Of a DNA stretch of 61,199 nucleotides, positions 14,001 to 25,381 are shown piece by piece; the first letter of the stretch is position 1, and every line of letters begins with the position of its first letter. The notes below the pieces were generated by a model. The model made no database searches and had not been told where the DNA came from. It was given only the letters and a program-made list of their open reading frames with translations. The position numbers and the translations under genes are program-made. The DNA is from Phoronis australis (Eukaryota; Animalia; Phoronida), in assembly GCA_002633005.1 (NCBI GenBank), contig NMRA01001064.1, positions 1 through 61,199 of the forward strand. Reading direction: 5' to 3'.

Positions 14001-17000
14001 CTGTGACACTGTTGTATGTCATTTCATTCTACCTTCGTCGTGTTTTCTATCAGGACCAGGTATGTTCAGTGTTTGTCTAAGTAATGCTGTTGTTTTCTGA
14101 ACTTGTCTATTGTTTTGTATGTCTCAATAGTCGAAACATCGGTGAAAAGAGGTGAGCTTTTTACAACAGATACCCACCTTGCCTGAAGAAATAGACAATT
14201 TAGTTCCTTTTTCGAGAGTACCAAAGAATGAAAAATCTCTCCTGTCACATAGTCACAGTAGCATGCTAAATTAACTGTAAATATGGTGATATTAATGTAA
14301 AGTAGGTCAATACTTTGCCTGTTGATTTTTACTCAAAAGTGAATGTTATTCCGTTTCGAACCTTTTCCTCCCCCAAAAAAACTTTTGTCTGACATCTGCT
14401 GTCTTCCGTGGTCCAGTGTTTATGCATGTGTTGTCAGTTATTTGAAGTTCGGTTATTCTGTGGAGCGTTGTCTTATTGAAAACGCGCTATATCAGCTGTT
14501 TACGCCCATTTATGGAATTGGCAAGTTGGCTGGTAGGCCTACCCGCTGCAGATGCATATTATGAGTCTACCGCAGGTACCAGAGTAACTCATAAGCTAAT
14601 AGCCACTCACCCATAGACAAGTGTCGTTCTCCCCTGTTTGACTGTGGTCAATTCAGCTGATCGTAGTCTACGTCACAACCCGACACTATTCCAATCTACG
14701 GCGTTCAGAGAAGTGTATTTTTCGACTGTTCCGATGTGTTATTGACAAACTGTGCTACATTTAACCACTGCCAGCCGTCAGGGTGTTCCATCGCAACAAC
14801 AATCCCGTTGTAAAACAGATACCCCGGAGTAGAAAACAGATTCCCGCACCTTCAAAACAGCTAACCAGCCCGGATAACGCGAACCCCGACCTTTAAAACA
14901 AGAACTCGGGGATCGTACAGGAAACCCGGACAATTTTATCAAATTTTGCGAGACCGTTGTCAGTAGACTCAAACTGTGAGTTAAAGCATCTTCAAGTACT
15001 TTCCAGTTCCTTTCTGAATTTCTTTGTTAGAAATAGTCAATAAAAAACGTAACTTATATTATATTGACTATGTTAATTGATTTTTATAGAATAGCTGGGA
15101 AAAAACACCCAATAAGTGACGCAATATTTCATGGCACCAAAAGCCGACGCAAAAGATCGCACTGCAAATTAAGCAACAGAGTAATGAAGAACGTCAATCC
15201 GTCATAACTTGTCTCGGAAATTCTCATATAGTAAAGCAACACACCACAATAACTATTTAAAATAGGAAGATTTATTTTCCATAACAATGTTTCACAGAAA
15301 GTGCGGGAGTGGTGTTTCGGTCCCCGGGTGTCCTGTCCGATCCCCGTGGTTCCTGTTTTAAAGGTCGGGGTTCGTGTTTTTCTGGCCACGTAGCTGTTTT
15401 GAATGAATGAGAATGCATGTCGTACTTTAAAGTGAGATAGGCGAGCGTGCACAAGTTGGGCCTACCCTAGGGTTGGAAGTGGGGTGTTTATTTGACTGAA
15501 GGGAGGGTAAAGATGATAATGGCATTATCTGCGGATTTGAAATTTCAACGGCTCTGACCCGGCTAGATTACCTACCTCATTCCGAGTACTTCTACTTTTC
15601 TAACACATATAGTTACAGTTCCGTCTATGTGGCCAAAAATATTTATCCGCCCGTTCTGTCCCTGTTCTAACGTACCAACAATGCATGATCCTTCTTGCAT
15701 GCGGAACAATAATAAGACCCTTTCACAAAGCAATAGGTCGCCTCAAAGTCACCGTTCCGATGTCTAATCCCTATTGTCACACTAATTCACTACTTGCTCG
15801 CTTTGGAGGCGCTGCAAAAAGGATTGCTGTGCAATGTTGTATGCTGAGAAAACAGTGCCGCACTTTCCACCCGCCCTGTAGTCATGTCTGGGAGTGGCGG
15901 GTTGTTCTGCGTTGATTAATTTTGGAGTGTAGTGTGCCTCTTCTTACCGGTAGATGGCGCCACGGGGAACACTTCAGACTGCGTTTGAATATCACAGAAA
16001 GGAAATACTATAGTCGCACTGGAAAAAAAGTACTTTGTCTCTTCGGTGGCTTGAGGTGGCCACTAGAATGAAGTGTTCCACGATGTCACGCACCGTTGCT
16101 TCGTGAAAGTCTTATCACTGTCATAACTCTGCATTGAAATATTTGTCGACGCAACAAGAAAACGTTTCACCCACCTGCACATGTATATTGTTTCTATAAT
16201 TCCAAATGTTCTAGCTGTGATGACATGGCTTGGTTCCTTAAATCTAGTCCTGCTTCCTCTGCTGTCGAAATGAGCGAGTTTCACTATTAATATAGACAAT
16301 CCAATATACAATGAATCATTGTTTACGATTACACGACATTTTTCTCCACAATAACACTGCCATGTTAGCCTAATCGTTTTCATAGGTTGCGAACAGTAAG
16401 CTCAGCTTTTCAAAGCTTCCCAAGTCCGGCCAGACTGATCATTTTCAAGGTAGACACCCGGATTCTTTTTGAAACTGCCCAATAGAACGCCTGAAAGTTC
16501 AAAGTGTTGGTGCTATTTGCCAATTTTTTCCGTTTTGGGTCGAGTCTTCACTTCTGCTAAACTAAAAAGGGGAAAGCCATGCACTTTTTATTCAAGTTCA
16601 CGTGAAATCAGACATAGACAGTCGCGTAGGCTTACTTAGCTTATTCACCATTTTGCTTCCGTTCCCTACTATTACATGAAGTCACACATCACCTGTGGGG
16701 TACAGTTCAATAGCTGTCTCGCGGCAAGAAAAAAAATTTAGCCAAAATCACGTCCTTTCATTGAAAGTACACTGTCTGTAATATCTCGCTTAATCTCGCG
16801 AAGACTCGCTTTTTAGCGAGGTACTAGCGAGATCCCAAGCTTATTGAACTCTGCCCTGTTTCACCCGCTTCTCACTTATATATGCAACATTTCGCGGTCA
16901 GGGTATGAGCTCGTTCGTCCGCTAGTTGGGGGTACATTTACTGACACGGGGGCCACATTACAAGTAACAGTGTCTTAGATAACGTGTTTACGTTTCTGCT

Positions 17001-20000
17001 TCCTTTTTGATTTTGAGCTGCGATAAGCGCTGAGCATGCGCGCACCCAGCCTAAAACATAGGAGGGCTCGAATTTTTCGATATGTGGACCTTTTACAGAA
17101 AAAAAAAACTTAACGAGGACTAAAAAAACGGGGCCAATAGCTTCAGCCTACGAATTGTGCATACGCGCCGAATTCCTATGGACTTTGCGAACCTTTTGTC
17201 TCGTTCACTCGGACTTTTTGTTTCGCTGAGGCGGACCTTTTTGCCCAATTCGCCAAATTGGGTGGCTCGTTCGAGTCCCCGGACCTTCCCCCTTGGGTAC
17301 GCCCATGCTGAGTGAAATGTACCTGAACATTCGGTTATTTCAAGTTCTGTATTTTTATCATTTAATTAACAAAGGAGCACTAGCATTTCAATTGACCTAC
17401 CCTTGTGAAGTGCTTGAGGGAAATGATTTCATTGGTTCACTGCTGTTTCATTTCTGTAACATCGAGAAAACAAAAATAGTTCTACTTCTGAACGTGGTTT
17501 CAGTGCTTGTAAGCGCAGGTCTAGCACACGATAGATATTATTGAGCGGGACGGCTCAGAGGAAGAGATTGTAAGTCACCAAATATTACAACTGTGGTAAC
17601 TACGCATCACGTGACCTTTTACTCGTGCATTCCAATGGTTTTTCAGTGTTCCACCCGACTATGCATTGATCATCTATTCCATGGGTATCCGTGAAGGTGG
17701 AGTGGCAGAATGGGACTTTTTATGGAACAAATACAGTGAGTCCAACATAGCGACGGAAAAGGAAACCATGATGGAAGCGCTTGCGCAGTCAAAGGAGCCT
17801 TGGCTTCTGAGAAGGTAACCTTAAGTGTGGATTCCAGATAAGGAATACGTGTTCATGCAAAAGCTTTACAGTAAGTGAAGTTATCGGTTTCTCTCTAGGA
17901 GCGGGTTTCTCTCTAGGAGCCCTGTAGCATATTGATTTGTCGTAAACTATAAGCAAAGTTCACTACTGCAACAGGTGTTTCACCGCCCTAACCACGTTCT
18001 CTTTATCCTTGTCTTCACACCCTGATTTTTCGAATACGACTTCGTAAACGACTGTTATATACAACAAATCAGAGTGTGTACACAAGTGTCCGGGCACGAC
18101 TCTTCTACTTGAAAAGTTGTATGCGACAAATGGAGTGTGCAGTGGTCCAAAGGTTGTTTATCAAGTGGTGTGCGAATATGGGAGTGTATGGATAAGGCTT
18201 TAAGCAGAGTGGGCCATAATATTCAACGTTTCAAAATGTGATTCTTCAACATTACTCGAGGATGTAGAGCCGTCAAGCACGACTATGTTTTCCACAACAC
18301 TCATTATTGAATGTGTTTGAGATGTCAGCTAAGCCTCTCTTGGGATTACATTGAATTTTAACTTGTCCCAGTCTCTTCACATTGTAAAGAAATTAAATAA
18401 GCCAAACTTCACGAGGAGGAGCCTCTAACTAAGCTCACCCTCTCTTAAAGCTATATCCTACAACATCCTGGTCAGGTCACAGTTGTAATACACTCCATCT
18501 ACATTGTTCATCGTACATGGTCTTCTTACGCTCACAAGGACGTCTACAAACTGAAAATGGCTCAAGTCCTACACGTATTGACATTTATGCCACTATTGTT
18601 TTTATTTTTCGGTATCTTGATGTTTATTCTCAGCCCTGTCCCTGACAATCCATTCAGTGCACCGTCCATGTCATCTGGTGCAGAATTAACGGAGTCTTCG
18701 ACAGACACGACCAGGACATTTATTCTTAAATTATCAATTTAGCTACTAAAAGTCGTGTACCTACGGGCGTATATTTGAAGTCACAAATATATGCTCAGGC
18801 GTAGTAGTGCAGCCGGCGCTCAAATTGAAATCTAGGGAGTCAATTCATTACTCATCGATGTCTGCCGTTGAAAACTTACTATGATTACGGTTTTGGTGTC
18901 TATTTCCTATGAAACTGGTGAACGTTTTAGGATTCAACAACGTCCATGCACATTTGATCCAACTAAACGCCCTGGGCGTATATACAGATATTTCTCCTTA
19001 GATACGCCTACTAGGCGTATCGAAAGATGAGTCCTTCTTCAGAAAACTGGAAATAATCACCCTCGTCCAAATGATAGAAGTTGTCACTTATTTCACCACC
19101 ACGATAAGTGTACACTTTCGTTGCACCCTTTTCGTATTTTGGAGTGCGCTTTTTCTTGCCCTGTTATACGTGAGCCATCTTAAAGATTTGTTTTGCCCTT
19201 CAGATACATTCGACGAACGTTTGAACCTAACCTCATTCGGTTCCAAGATGCGCCTCTGGTATTTAAATACCTTGTAAAGAACCCCCTGGGACGATACATC
19301 GCTTTACAGTTTATGAAAGAACACTGGGCGTTCATAAACTCTCAGTAAGTATTTTACAGACCTTTCTTGTCGCTTTTCAGAGACTGTAATTCTTTTATAT
19401 ATAATAGATGCATGATGACCAACATGTTTCCCACGCTTTTGCTTTCTAACTAACATTTGACAATAAATCAGTTCCAAACTATACAAATCAAACTTACTCT
19501 ATATGTGCGGCTGAAATTTCTTTCTATGAAATTTTAAACCACTTAAGTATGTGCAAATTATTTAGCTCTTTCTTTTAACCCTAGCAACTTTGTCATTACG
19601 AGGTATGCCTGAACGTTATTGTTTTTCAGCTTCGGTCAGGACATGTTTACAGTCAGGGAAATAATTTTTCAAATCTCGTCGAGGCTTACCTCAGAGTACG
19701 ATTTGAACGAGTTGAAAGCGCTTTACAAACGAGAACCTCCTTCTGGCGGTGCGGAACGAGATGCCAAGAATGGATTAGCATTGATCAGGTAAGGTGTTGC
19801 CTGAATGAGTACCTTCAGTAAAGAGAACTATAAAAGTCATAATTTGATTTTGAAAATTAAAAAGACAATTAAACTCTCTGTGTACTCCAATGAAATAGTT
19901 CGATATAGTACACTTTCCTGACAAGTGGCTGATTCCGTTTCAGTTTGGAGCGGAGTTTTCTTGACTTATAAAGTTGGAGAAAATGTTCACTGAGACTGAT

Positions 20001-23000
20001 TACATTCTGAAATAGTTAGTATTTTCATGTTTCACAACGCCAAACTAGAGTGACGAGAATAATTCGGTGCATCAGCGTTTTCTGGAGAGTGTTCCTTAAA
20101 CCAAATTTCTTTCGAGAAAAGTATTGTTGGAGACAAATAAAACAACCTCAATAATATATATTTTAGGTTGTATTGGGAATTTCAGGGTCACAGCTCTATA
20201 AATCAATATTTCACAGAAGGAACCAGATGGGTTCCTTAATTACAAGAGATAACACACACATTTACGATACCTAATGTGTAATTGAGTATCGAATACTAAG
20301 TGGCACAAGTTAGCATAGTACCAAATGGGTACATAATACCAAATGGGTATTGGCCGATTGCCTACCACGTGGGTCGAGCAAAACGGCAAATTCAATAACA
20401 AGTACCAAATGGGTACAAACTGCCAAATGGGCAAATATCATATAAAGTACCAAGTGGGTACACCAAACAGCCAACTGGGCTATAACAACTTGCAAAGCAG
20501 GGTTCCGGACAAGCTGAGTGAGCAGACCAGCCGGAGCGGTAAAAAGAGACATTGTAAGGAACGTGGTGTTGTGGCTCAGTATGTGCCACATGGGCATGGT
20601 TGTTCATGGATGAACAATCCTGTCCACCGCCACAACCCCAGTATTATCTTCCAAGACCTCGCAAATTCACGCGAGTACGCACGTGAGCTTTCTTGTATTT
20701 CATAGCAAAATAGTGGTAAATGAAGTGGTTTATCGTCGAGTTTGGAATGTTGACGAATGGAATTGATTTCACTGTATCCTTCCATAACCGACGATTTTGC
20801 GCTGCTAGGACAAGCTAATGTCTTGGATTAACAGAACGCAGCCCAGTTCTTTCGAAAGACATAACTGACTCAAAGCACTTCAGTTGTGTCTATACGTGCG
20901 CTCTTGTAGGCCTTTATATGTTATCACGTATACCAATGTTGACCCTGACAATCATATTATGTCAATATTAGGGGCGGTGTGGAGCGTAATTTGACCAACT
21001 TCTTTAAACAATTTGAAACTTGTGTTCAGATTGGACGGGAACGTGCAAGCAGACGCCTCTCATTTTTCTGGAATATTACCTTTGCTAAAAGCTTTTTTTT
21101 GGTCAATTTGGCATGTTTCACATACTGTAAAGGTGTCGTAAATGTATTCGGCTGATTTCATGAAAAATGATATGATTTATAATTATAGCAGTAATGTAAA
21201 CCTGAGGTGGTGACGCACTGACCAAGCTAGAAAAACATCAACCGATCCGAGTAAATGCGTACTCTTCCGCTTTTCACCCCAGAATTTTCAGTTCTGATGA
21301 CTGGGCGCCCTGGCTGAGAAGCTTAAAGGTTTTCGGTCCCTTGCTTCACCAAACTACAGTTTGCCTTTGACTTGAGCAATGATACCAGAAAGAGACAATA
21401 AAAACAAAAGAATAGCTCAAATCCCTAAGATGTGCTCGAAGCAATTTTCGCAGTGGTCTCGGTCCGATGCTTTACCAGTAGACTTGACAGACAGCCGCTA
21501 TTTTAAGCGCAAATAAGATGCGCTTTATAGCTCTGGTCACGTCATAGCTAATAACATCAAGAAGTCTATCCTACCCAAACTGGCTTATCCGCCTTTAAAG
21601 TACATCCTCGGCGAGAAGAGTAATTTTACGGATCGGGAAATTTGCATCAGCACGCATTCGAACACTAATTTCTCAGCAGCAGTAAAACGCTCTACCTCTG
21701 AGTTAATCTCAGCGTGTTAAACAGCGCTGTCTTTTAAACGTGTTTAAAGGATGTAGATTGGTGTTGATTTTAACGACTGTTTGACCAGACAACGACCAGA
21801 ATATGCAATGTGTATAAAGTCACAAAAAACACAACGGCTTTTTGTTTATATAGCTCTAGTCAATGTTAATAACTTCAATAATTCTCTCCTGAGCTCTGGT
21901 AAATGTTAATAATTGCAACAATTCTCTCAAATTTCACAATAATCCCAAAATTGTGTTTTTCGGCCACAAAAGCTTGAGTTTCATGCCGCTTTAAGGAATA
22001 GGGCAAATCCACACCTTTATCAAAACTCTCACGTTTGAAATACTTTTATTGTCCAACTGTATCTCTCTTTGCCCAACTAAATCGACAATTGTTGTAGGGT
22101 ATCACACTTGTCACACTTGCGACACCTCAGACGTTATTCATCTTAGCTTGACGAGTTTTTACAAATTAGCGCATCAAGTCGTCTGCGCAACGGAATATTG
22201 AAGTCCGGACTGCATCTATTAACTAACAAGTCGTCAGATGTCGGTCTAACTAGCAACAGGAACTAATCGGAGTGTTGAATATGATAACGTGACGTTGTCT
22301 ACATCATATGAGTGTGCTATAAACGACTTGTATATGTAGGTACTGAACAGTGTGGAATTCAATGGAGACTGGCGAGAAGGTGTCAGCGGAGACTACGTTA
22401 ATCCGACAGCCGATATTGCGGTTGATTAACTGGGGGAATAGAGTTCCATTTCCAAAACAGCCAAAATCCTAGAAAAATACTTCCGGTGTATTCGTGCATG
22501 CCAGAGATCTCACAAATTTTATTCTGAATTAGTTTTTAATTGCGCGTGGTGCAATTTTTCACGGAAATCTGAAACTTCTTCCCTCGTCTTTTGTCGCGTG
22601 GCCGAAGAAGGCCCCTCTGGCTTCGGCACACCACATCTTCACTCTCGAGGGCAAATATGGAAGTTTAAAGCTGCATTTCGCGGAAAAACGAAAATCGTTT
22701 CACTCTCATAATATTCCTTGCCGTGATGAGATTCCATTTCCGGTACCAACACCAATTCACAGGAAGTGTGCACATGCTACATTTTGTATAGTTAGTAACT
22801 TTAGGGTTGACCAATCTCAGTATTTTTTAATATTTTCCTTGAGTAGTTGATAGTTTCGTTGGACTTGCTGTTAACGGAAATTAAATTCTATGAGATATTA
22901 TGAGACCGATTATATGAGAGTAAAAGACCTAATTCGATTATCGTTTTTAGTCAGCTGAACTAGTCGAAGTGCAGCTTTAAAAGAAGTGACTTAATATTCG

Positions 23001-23675
23001 CTGGTCAGTCGTCGTCCTTGAATTTGTAATTATGGCTTATAAATCAAAACTATCTAAAATAGCCCTGCACTTCGTTAAGATTCACTTGATTACTTTCGGC
23101 TATTGTCTTTGATTTTCTAAGGCTGGGTCGCGTGGTTTTCAGTTTAGCTACCGGTCAATTACCTATGTACAGCCAATACCTTGTTCGACTCATTACAATT
23201 CCTTTTGCGCTAGCCTAGAATGAAGAGTCAAACGCGACCTAGCAAAATTCCCATGTCGCCAAATTGGAAATGAGCCCACCAGCAAGAAAGTCCCGTATGC
23301 AGCGGTGCAAAAGTCCTTTAGGGTGGGTTTTACGTGCCAACATTCGGAAATGAAAAAACGGAACATCTGAATTGAAAAGGCGGGGGACATCTGGAAGTCT
23401 GTACCTGTGCCACAGCGCAAGGGTCAAATGCCCACCGCTACACCCGAAGACGCCTTCGTAGTCACTCACTCGACACTCAACGTCGAAAAACGATCGCATG
23501 TAATTAATGTAAATATACGAACTTACTTCCGTTGTACATCAAACTTTATTTCGGATGTTGACCTTAAATTATTTCTGGTTGTTGTCTTTGCAGATCAAAC
23601 ATTGACTGGATAAAAAGAAATAGCCATACGATTGGACGATGGTTGGCAGACTATTTAGAGTTGGACATCGTTTGA
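1935..23675 (+). CDS. M1-family zinc aminopeptidase (aminopeptidase N / ENPEP / TRHDE-like); 5'-partial spliced gene, 15 coding exons in window
   Basis: Manual splicing of 15 GT-AG exons with compatible phases gives one 653-aa frame ending in TGA at 23673-23675. Contains [14 protein letters not shown]18-E ([24 protein letters not shown]), the catalytic Tyr region (FDEISYYKG), [10 protein letters not shown] and an ERAP1_C-like C-terminal region. The exact orthologue cannot be assigned by eye. Confidence 0.95.
3209..3363 (+). CDS. M1 aminopeptidase exon b ([17 protein letters not shown]...VMCHEIAHT)
   Basis: tttcag / gtaagc; GAMEN and HEXXH motifs. Confidence 0.97.
4043..4111 (-). repeat. Degenerate tRNA-derived sequence (SINE-head-like)
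   Basis: Minus strand has a B-box/T-arm CCGGGTTCGAATCCGG (B-box 4060-4070). D-arm and acceptor stem are not intact. Confidence 0.45.
4648..4767. repeat. 120-bp near-perfect palindrome
   Basis: ATTATTACATG..AGTCGTTATCCCCC.TTATCTAGAGCCC..GTGGATTTTG / CAAAATCCAC..GGGCTCTAGATAA..GGGGATAACGACT..CATGTAATAAT. Confidence 0.85.
6412..6432. repeat. (GT)n microsatellite
   Basis: Read directly. Confidence 0.85.
6528..6641 (+). CDS. M1 aminopeptidase exon c ([22 protein letters not shown]...)
   Basis: ttccag / gtaagc; 114 nt; carries the third zinc ligand (Glu). Confidence 0.97.
6982..7116 (+). CDS. M1 aminopeptidase exon d (FDLLLVDD...DALLESHPI...FDEISYYK)
   Basis: ctgtag / gtaagc; 135 nt; SHPI and FD-ISY-K motifs. 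Confidence 0.95.
7662..7727 (+). CDS. M1 aminopeptidase exon e ([22 protein letters not shown])
   Basis: Polypyrimidine tract + cag / gtatca; 66 nt. Confidence 0.93.
8585..8650 (+). CDS. M1 aminopeptidase exon f ([22 protein letters not shown])
   Basis: tttcag / gtaagt; 66 nt; matches the Y...Y.N....LW pattern. Confidence 0.9.
8890..9190 (+). mobile_element. 3' remnant of a Penelope-like retroelement (GIY-YIG endonuclease C-terminus + hammerhead-like core)
   Basis: [55 protein letters not shown] matches the PLE tail pattern H…I.W…R.IREAI.IR…NRD.G.Y.LS..YD. It is followed by CTGAGGA (9136-9142) … GAAA (9164-9167). Confidence 0.7.
9255..9424 (+). CDS. M1 aminopeptidase exon g (…[14 protein letters not shown]…QNRFLL…SPYE)
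   Basis: cttcag / gtaagt; hallmark [10 protein letters not shown]. Confidence 0.95.
9862..9938 (+). CDS. M1 aminopeptidase exon h ([11 protein letters not shown]...VWLHRAS)
   Basis: taaag acceptor / gtaagt; W.IP motif at the start of the C-terminal domain; phase-compatible. Confidence 0.9.
10587..10711 (+). CDS. M1 aminopeptidase exon i (…[21 protein letters not shown]…LKNDHT)
   Basis: taacag / gtaaac; N...GFY.VNY motif. Confidence 0.93.
11283..11486 (+). CDS. M1 aminopeptidase exon j ([21 protein letters not shown]…EKDYVPW…)
   Basis: ttgtag / gtaatt; 204 nt; R..L..DAF.LARAG and E.DYVPW motifs. Confidence 0.95.
13188..13366 (+). CDS. M1 aminopeptidase exon k ([11 protein letters not shown]…ILKYAC…AKTMFESWM…)
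   Basis: tttcag / gtaagt; phase 0 to phase 2. Confidence 0.92.
13508..13609 (+). repeat. ~100-bp dispersed repeat, family B copy 1
   Basis: Differs at about 4 positions from 25112-25213. Confidence 0.85.
14851..15403. mobile_element. Foldback element with ~80-bp inverted arms
   Basis: 14851-14930 (TTCAAAACAGCTA…GAACCCCGACCTTTAAAACA…GGGGATCG…ACCCGG) is the reverse complement, with mismatches, of 15324-15403. Confidence 0.75.
16697..16858 (-). repeat. ~150-bp MITE, family C copy 1
   Basis: Reverse complement of ACCTCGCTAAAAAGC.AG..TTCGCGAGATTA..GAGATATT found at 42.4 kb and 44.5 kb; GTTCA-containing inverted ends. Confidence 0.7.
17035..17307. mobile_element. hAT-like MITE with 5-bp TSD
   Basis: TIRs CATGCGCGCACCCA / TGGGTACGCCCATG; CTGAG duplicated at 17030-17034 and 17308-17312; internal GGACCTTTT repeats. 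Confidence 0.7.
17647..17814 (+). CDS. M1 aminopeptidase exon l ([26 protein letters not shown]…[13 protein letters not shown])
   Basis: tttcag / gtaacc; GG..EWDFLW and K.PWLL motifs. Confidence 0.95.
19204..19344 (+). CDS. M1 aminopeptidase exon m ([16 protein letters not shown]…[16 protein letters not shown]…)
   Basis: cttcag / gtaagt; IR.QD and NP.G..IA..F...W motifs. Confidence 0.93.
19630..19788 (+). CDS. M1 aminopeptidase exon n ([10 protein letters not shown]…[12 protein letters not shown]…GLALI)
   Basis: tttcag / gtaagg; phase-compatible. Confidence 0.88.
20221..20480. repeat. Degenerate array of CCAAATGGG(T) motifs
   Basis: About 7 or more spaced copies of (TA)CCAAATGGGT/C variants. 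Confidence 0.7.
20971..21284 (+). repeat. Dispersed repeat family D copy 1
   Basis: GTGCAAGCAGACGC…GTGGTGACGCACTGA…CGAGTAAA shared with 58704-58989 and, reversed, with 51092-51343. Confidence 0.7.
22665..22980. mobile_element. Second TTAA-flanked MITE (Kolobok-type)
   Basis: TTAA-AGCTGCATTTCG … CGAAGTGCAGCT-TTAA (11/12 TIR match). Confidence 0.7.
23594..23675 (+). CDS. M1 aminopeptidase terminal coding exon ([26 protein letters not shown])
   Basis: ttgcag acceptor; conserved NI.W...N...I..WL end of M1 enzymes; TGA stop. Confidence 0.93.
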
Positions 23676-24369
23676 AATGAGTTCGGGCAAGTCGCCAATT
23701 GGCCAAGTAAAATTACCTTGACAACGCTCTCAGTGAATTTGGTCGTTCTGAAATCTATATTTTCCCTTTTTGTTAAGGAAATTTTCATTATACATCAAGT
23801 AGATATGCCTAGTGTTCAGAAATTTAAAAGAATTTTATTTTTTAATTAATTAAGTGCTTAAATTGGATTCTTTATTATTACAGCAAAATAGTAATTATTC
23901 GTAAACAACTAAATTTCAGAAACTTAGGAATTATTGAAATGAATTGGATTAAATTACAAATAATTGCTGTAAGAGTGATTTATACTGCTAAGCCCTATGG
24001 CTTACAAACAACTGACTCAGATGGTGGCTTGATAATTATCGCACTCAACCTAAAGGTATGGCATTTATAGAATTGATTTACAAACACAGGACTTCCATAA
24101 CCCAATTTCAATTTACATAATTGGTGACCTTGAACCTTTCTGATGTACGGGCGTTTAAGAAAACAGGGATGAAGGTTGAGAAATACTCACGAAAAAGCAA
24201 GTCCACGCCAAACTTTGCAGGTGAAAGGCGGTTCAAGAATAAAAGCAATGATGAATTATGGGACAAAATTATCTGTTTCTTTTCTGCGACTGAAGATGTC
24301 TCGTTACAAGTGCCTCGCCAGTGTCTTGCACTTGCAGAACGTACCCCAGGAGTAGAATCTGTATTCTGC

Positions 24370-25107
24370 TTAAAGAGGCCTGGAACGCAAAAAATACACT
24401 AACTTGCATTAATCAAAGTCACTGTGGTTCTCTAACACAGAAAGAGAATTCAACATGTTGACCAGGTATTTTAACATATTGTTCTTAAGAATTTTGAATT
24501 CCTGTTGATGTCAAAGCATTTTTTATTTTTTGTTTCAAAACGATCTGTTAAGTGCTCGTCACTTCGTCGATTTTTCTCCCACAAGGCAAAGCACGTTTTC
24601 TAATTTGATATGGTAATACAAAGATGTAGCACATTTCCCTTATTTGAAAAATGTGACCTTTGACCTTGGAAGTAAACAAACCAATGGCAACTTTAATCAG
24701 CAGCCAGTCCCAGTAAGAGGAAGTCCTAACTCTTTGAAATTAGTTATAAAGGTGTCGTAGTATTGGAATATATTCTAAAATTATTTTTAGGAAATCGCTT
24801 GCTTCACTGGCTTGCCTCATTTTGTGGTTTAAAATGTGTCTGATCACATACGATAATCTGCTGTTAATGTCCATCTTGTCAGTCAGCTGTGAGTGCATGC
24901 GCTCAATCATCATAAATGGGAGAGAGATTAGAAACTCTGTGGTGACTACAGTTTTTTCTTCGCGCGTTTTTCAAAAATCGTGAATTTCGATTGTCTCACA
25001 GGGAAAAGTGAATAACTCCGCGTAGTAGACGTTGCAAGGTGATTCTGTCGTGTGGAATAGTTTAAAAGATTTTTTTGACGAGCTTTCGCGTTCCACGCGT
25101 GTTTTAA
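24370..25107 (+). mobile_element. Non-autonomous TTAA-flanked DNA transposon (Kolobok-type MITE), family A copy 1
   Basis: TTAA-AGAGGCCTGGAACGC … GCGTTCCACGCGTGTT-TTAA; interior matches the copies at 30.2 kb and 50.7 kb. Confidence 0.8.
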
Positions 25108-25111
25108 ATTA

Positions 25112-25253
25112 ATGTAGAAAATAAATCTGAAACTAAATAAGGCTATCCAGATCCTCCCAAGGATCCTATTGTTTCACGAAATGTAGAATATAAATAGGTA
25201 AATAAAACAACAATTTCAGTTGATTCATTCTTGTTGTTTTATTTACCTATTTA
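25112..25253 (+). repeat. Family B copy 2 with a terminal inverted duplication
   Basis: Perfect 23-bp inverted repeat 25191-25213 / 25231-25253; flanked by the direct repeat TTTAAATTAATG. Confidence 0.8.
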
Positions 25254-25312
25254 AATTAATGAGGATATCTCGCACAGCCTTGGGTGCTTTGAAAAAACAG
25301 CAGGATATCGAC

Positions 25313-25315
<3 letters not shown>

Positions 25316-25343
<28 letters not shown>

Positions 25344-25381
25344 GCGCACGCATGCCACACACANTGCCACACACACACACG
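25316..25381. repeat. (CA)n microsatellite containing the only N in the window
   Basis: Read directly; N at 25364. Confidence 0.95.

Noticed and set aside
17886-17920. Tandem duplication GGTTTCTCTCTAGGAGC x2
   Set aside because: A simple local slippage duplication in an intron; no further significance evident.
23220-23480. PHD-finger-like LINE ORF relic (KFPCRQIG…AVQ…W)
   Set aside because: Most required Cys/His residues are missing; the resemblance is too weak.
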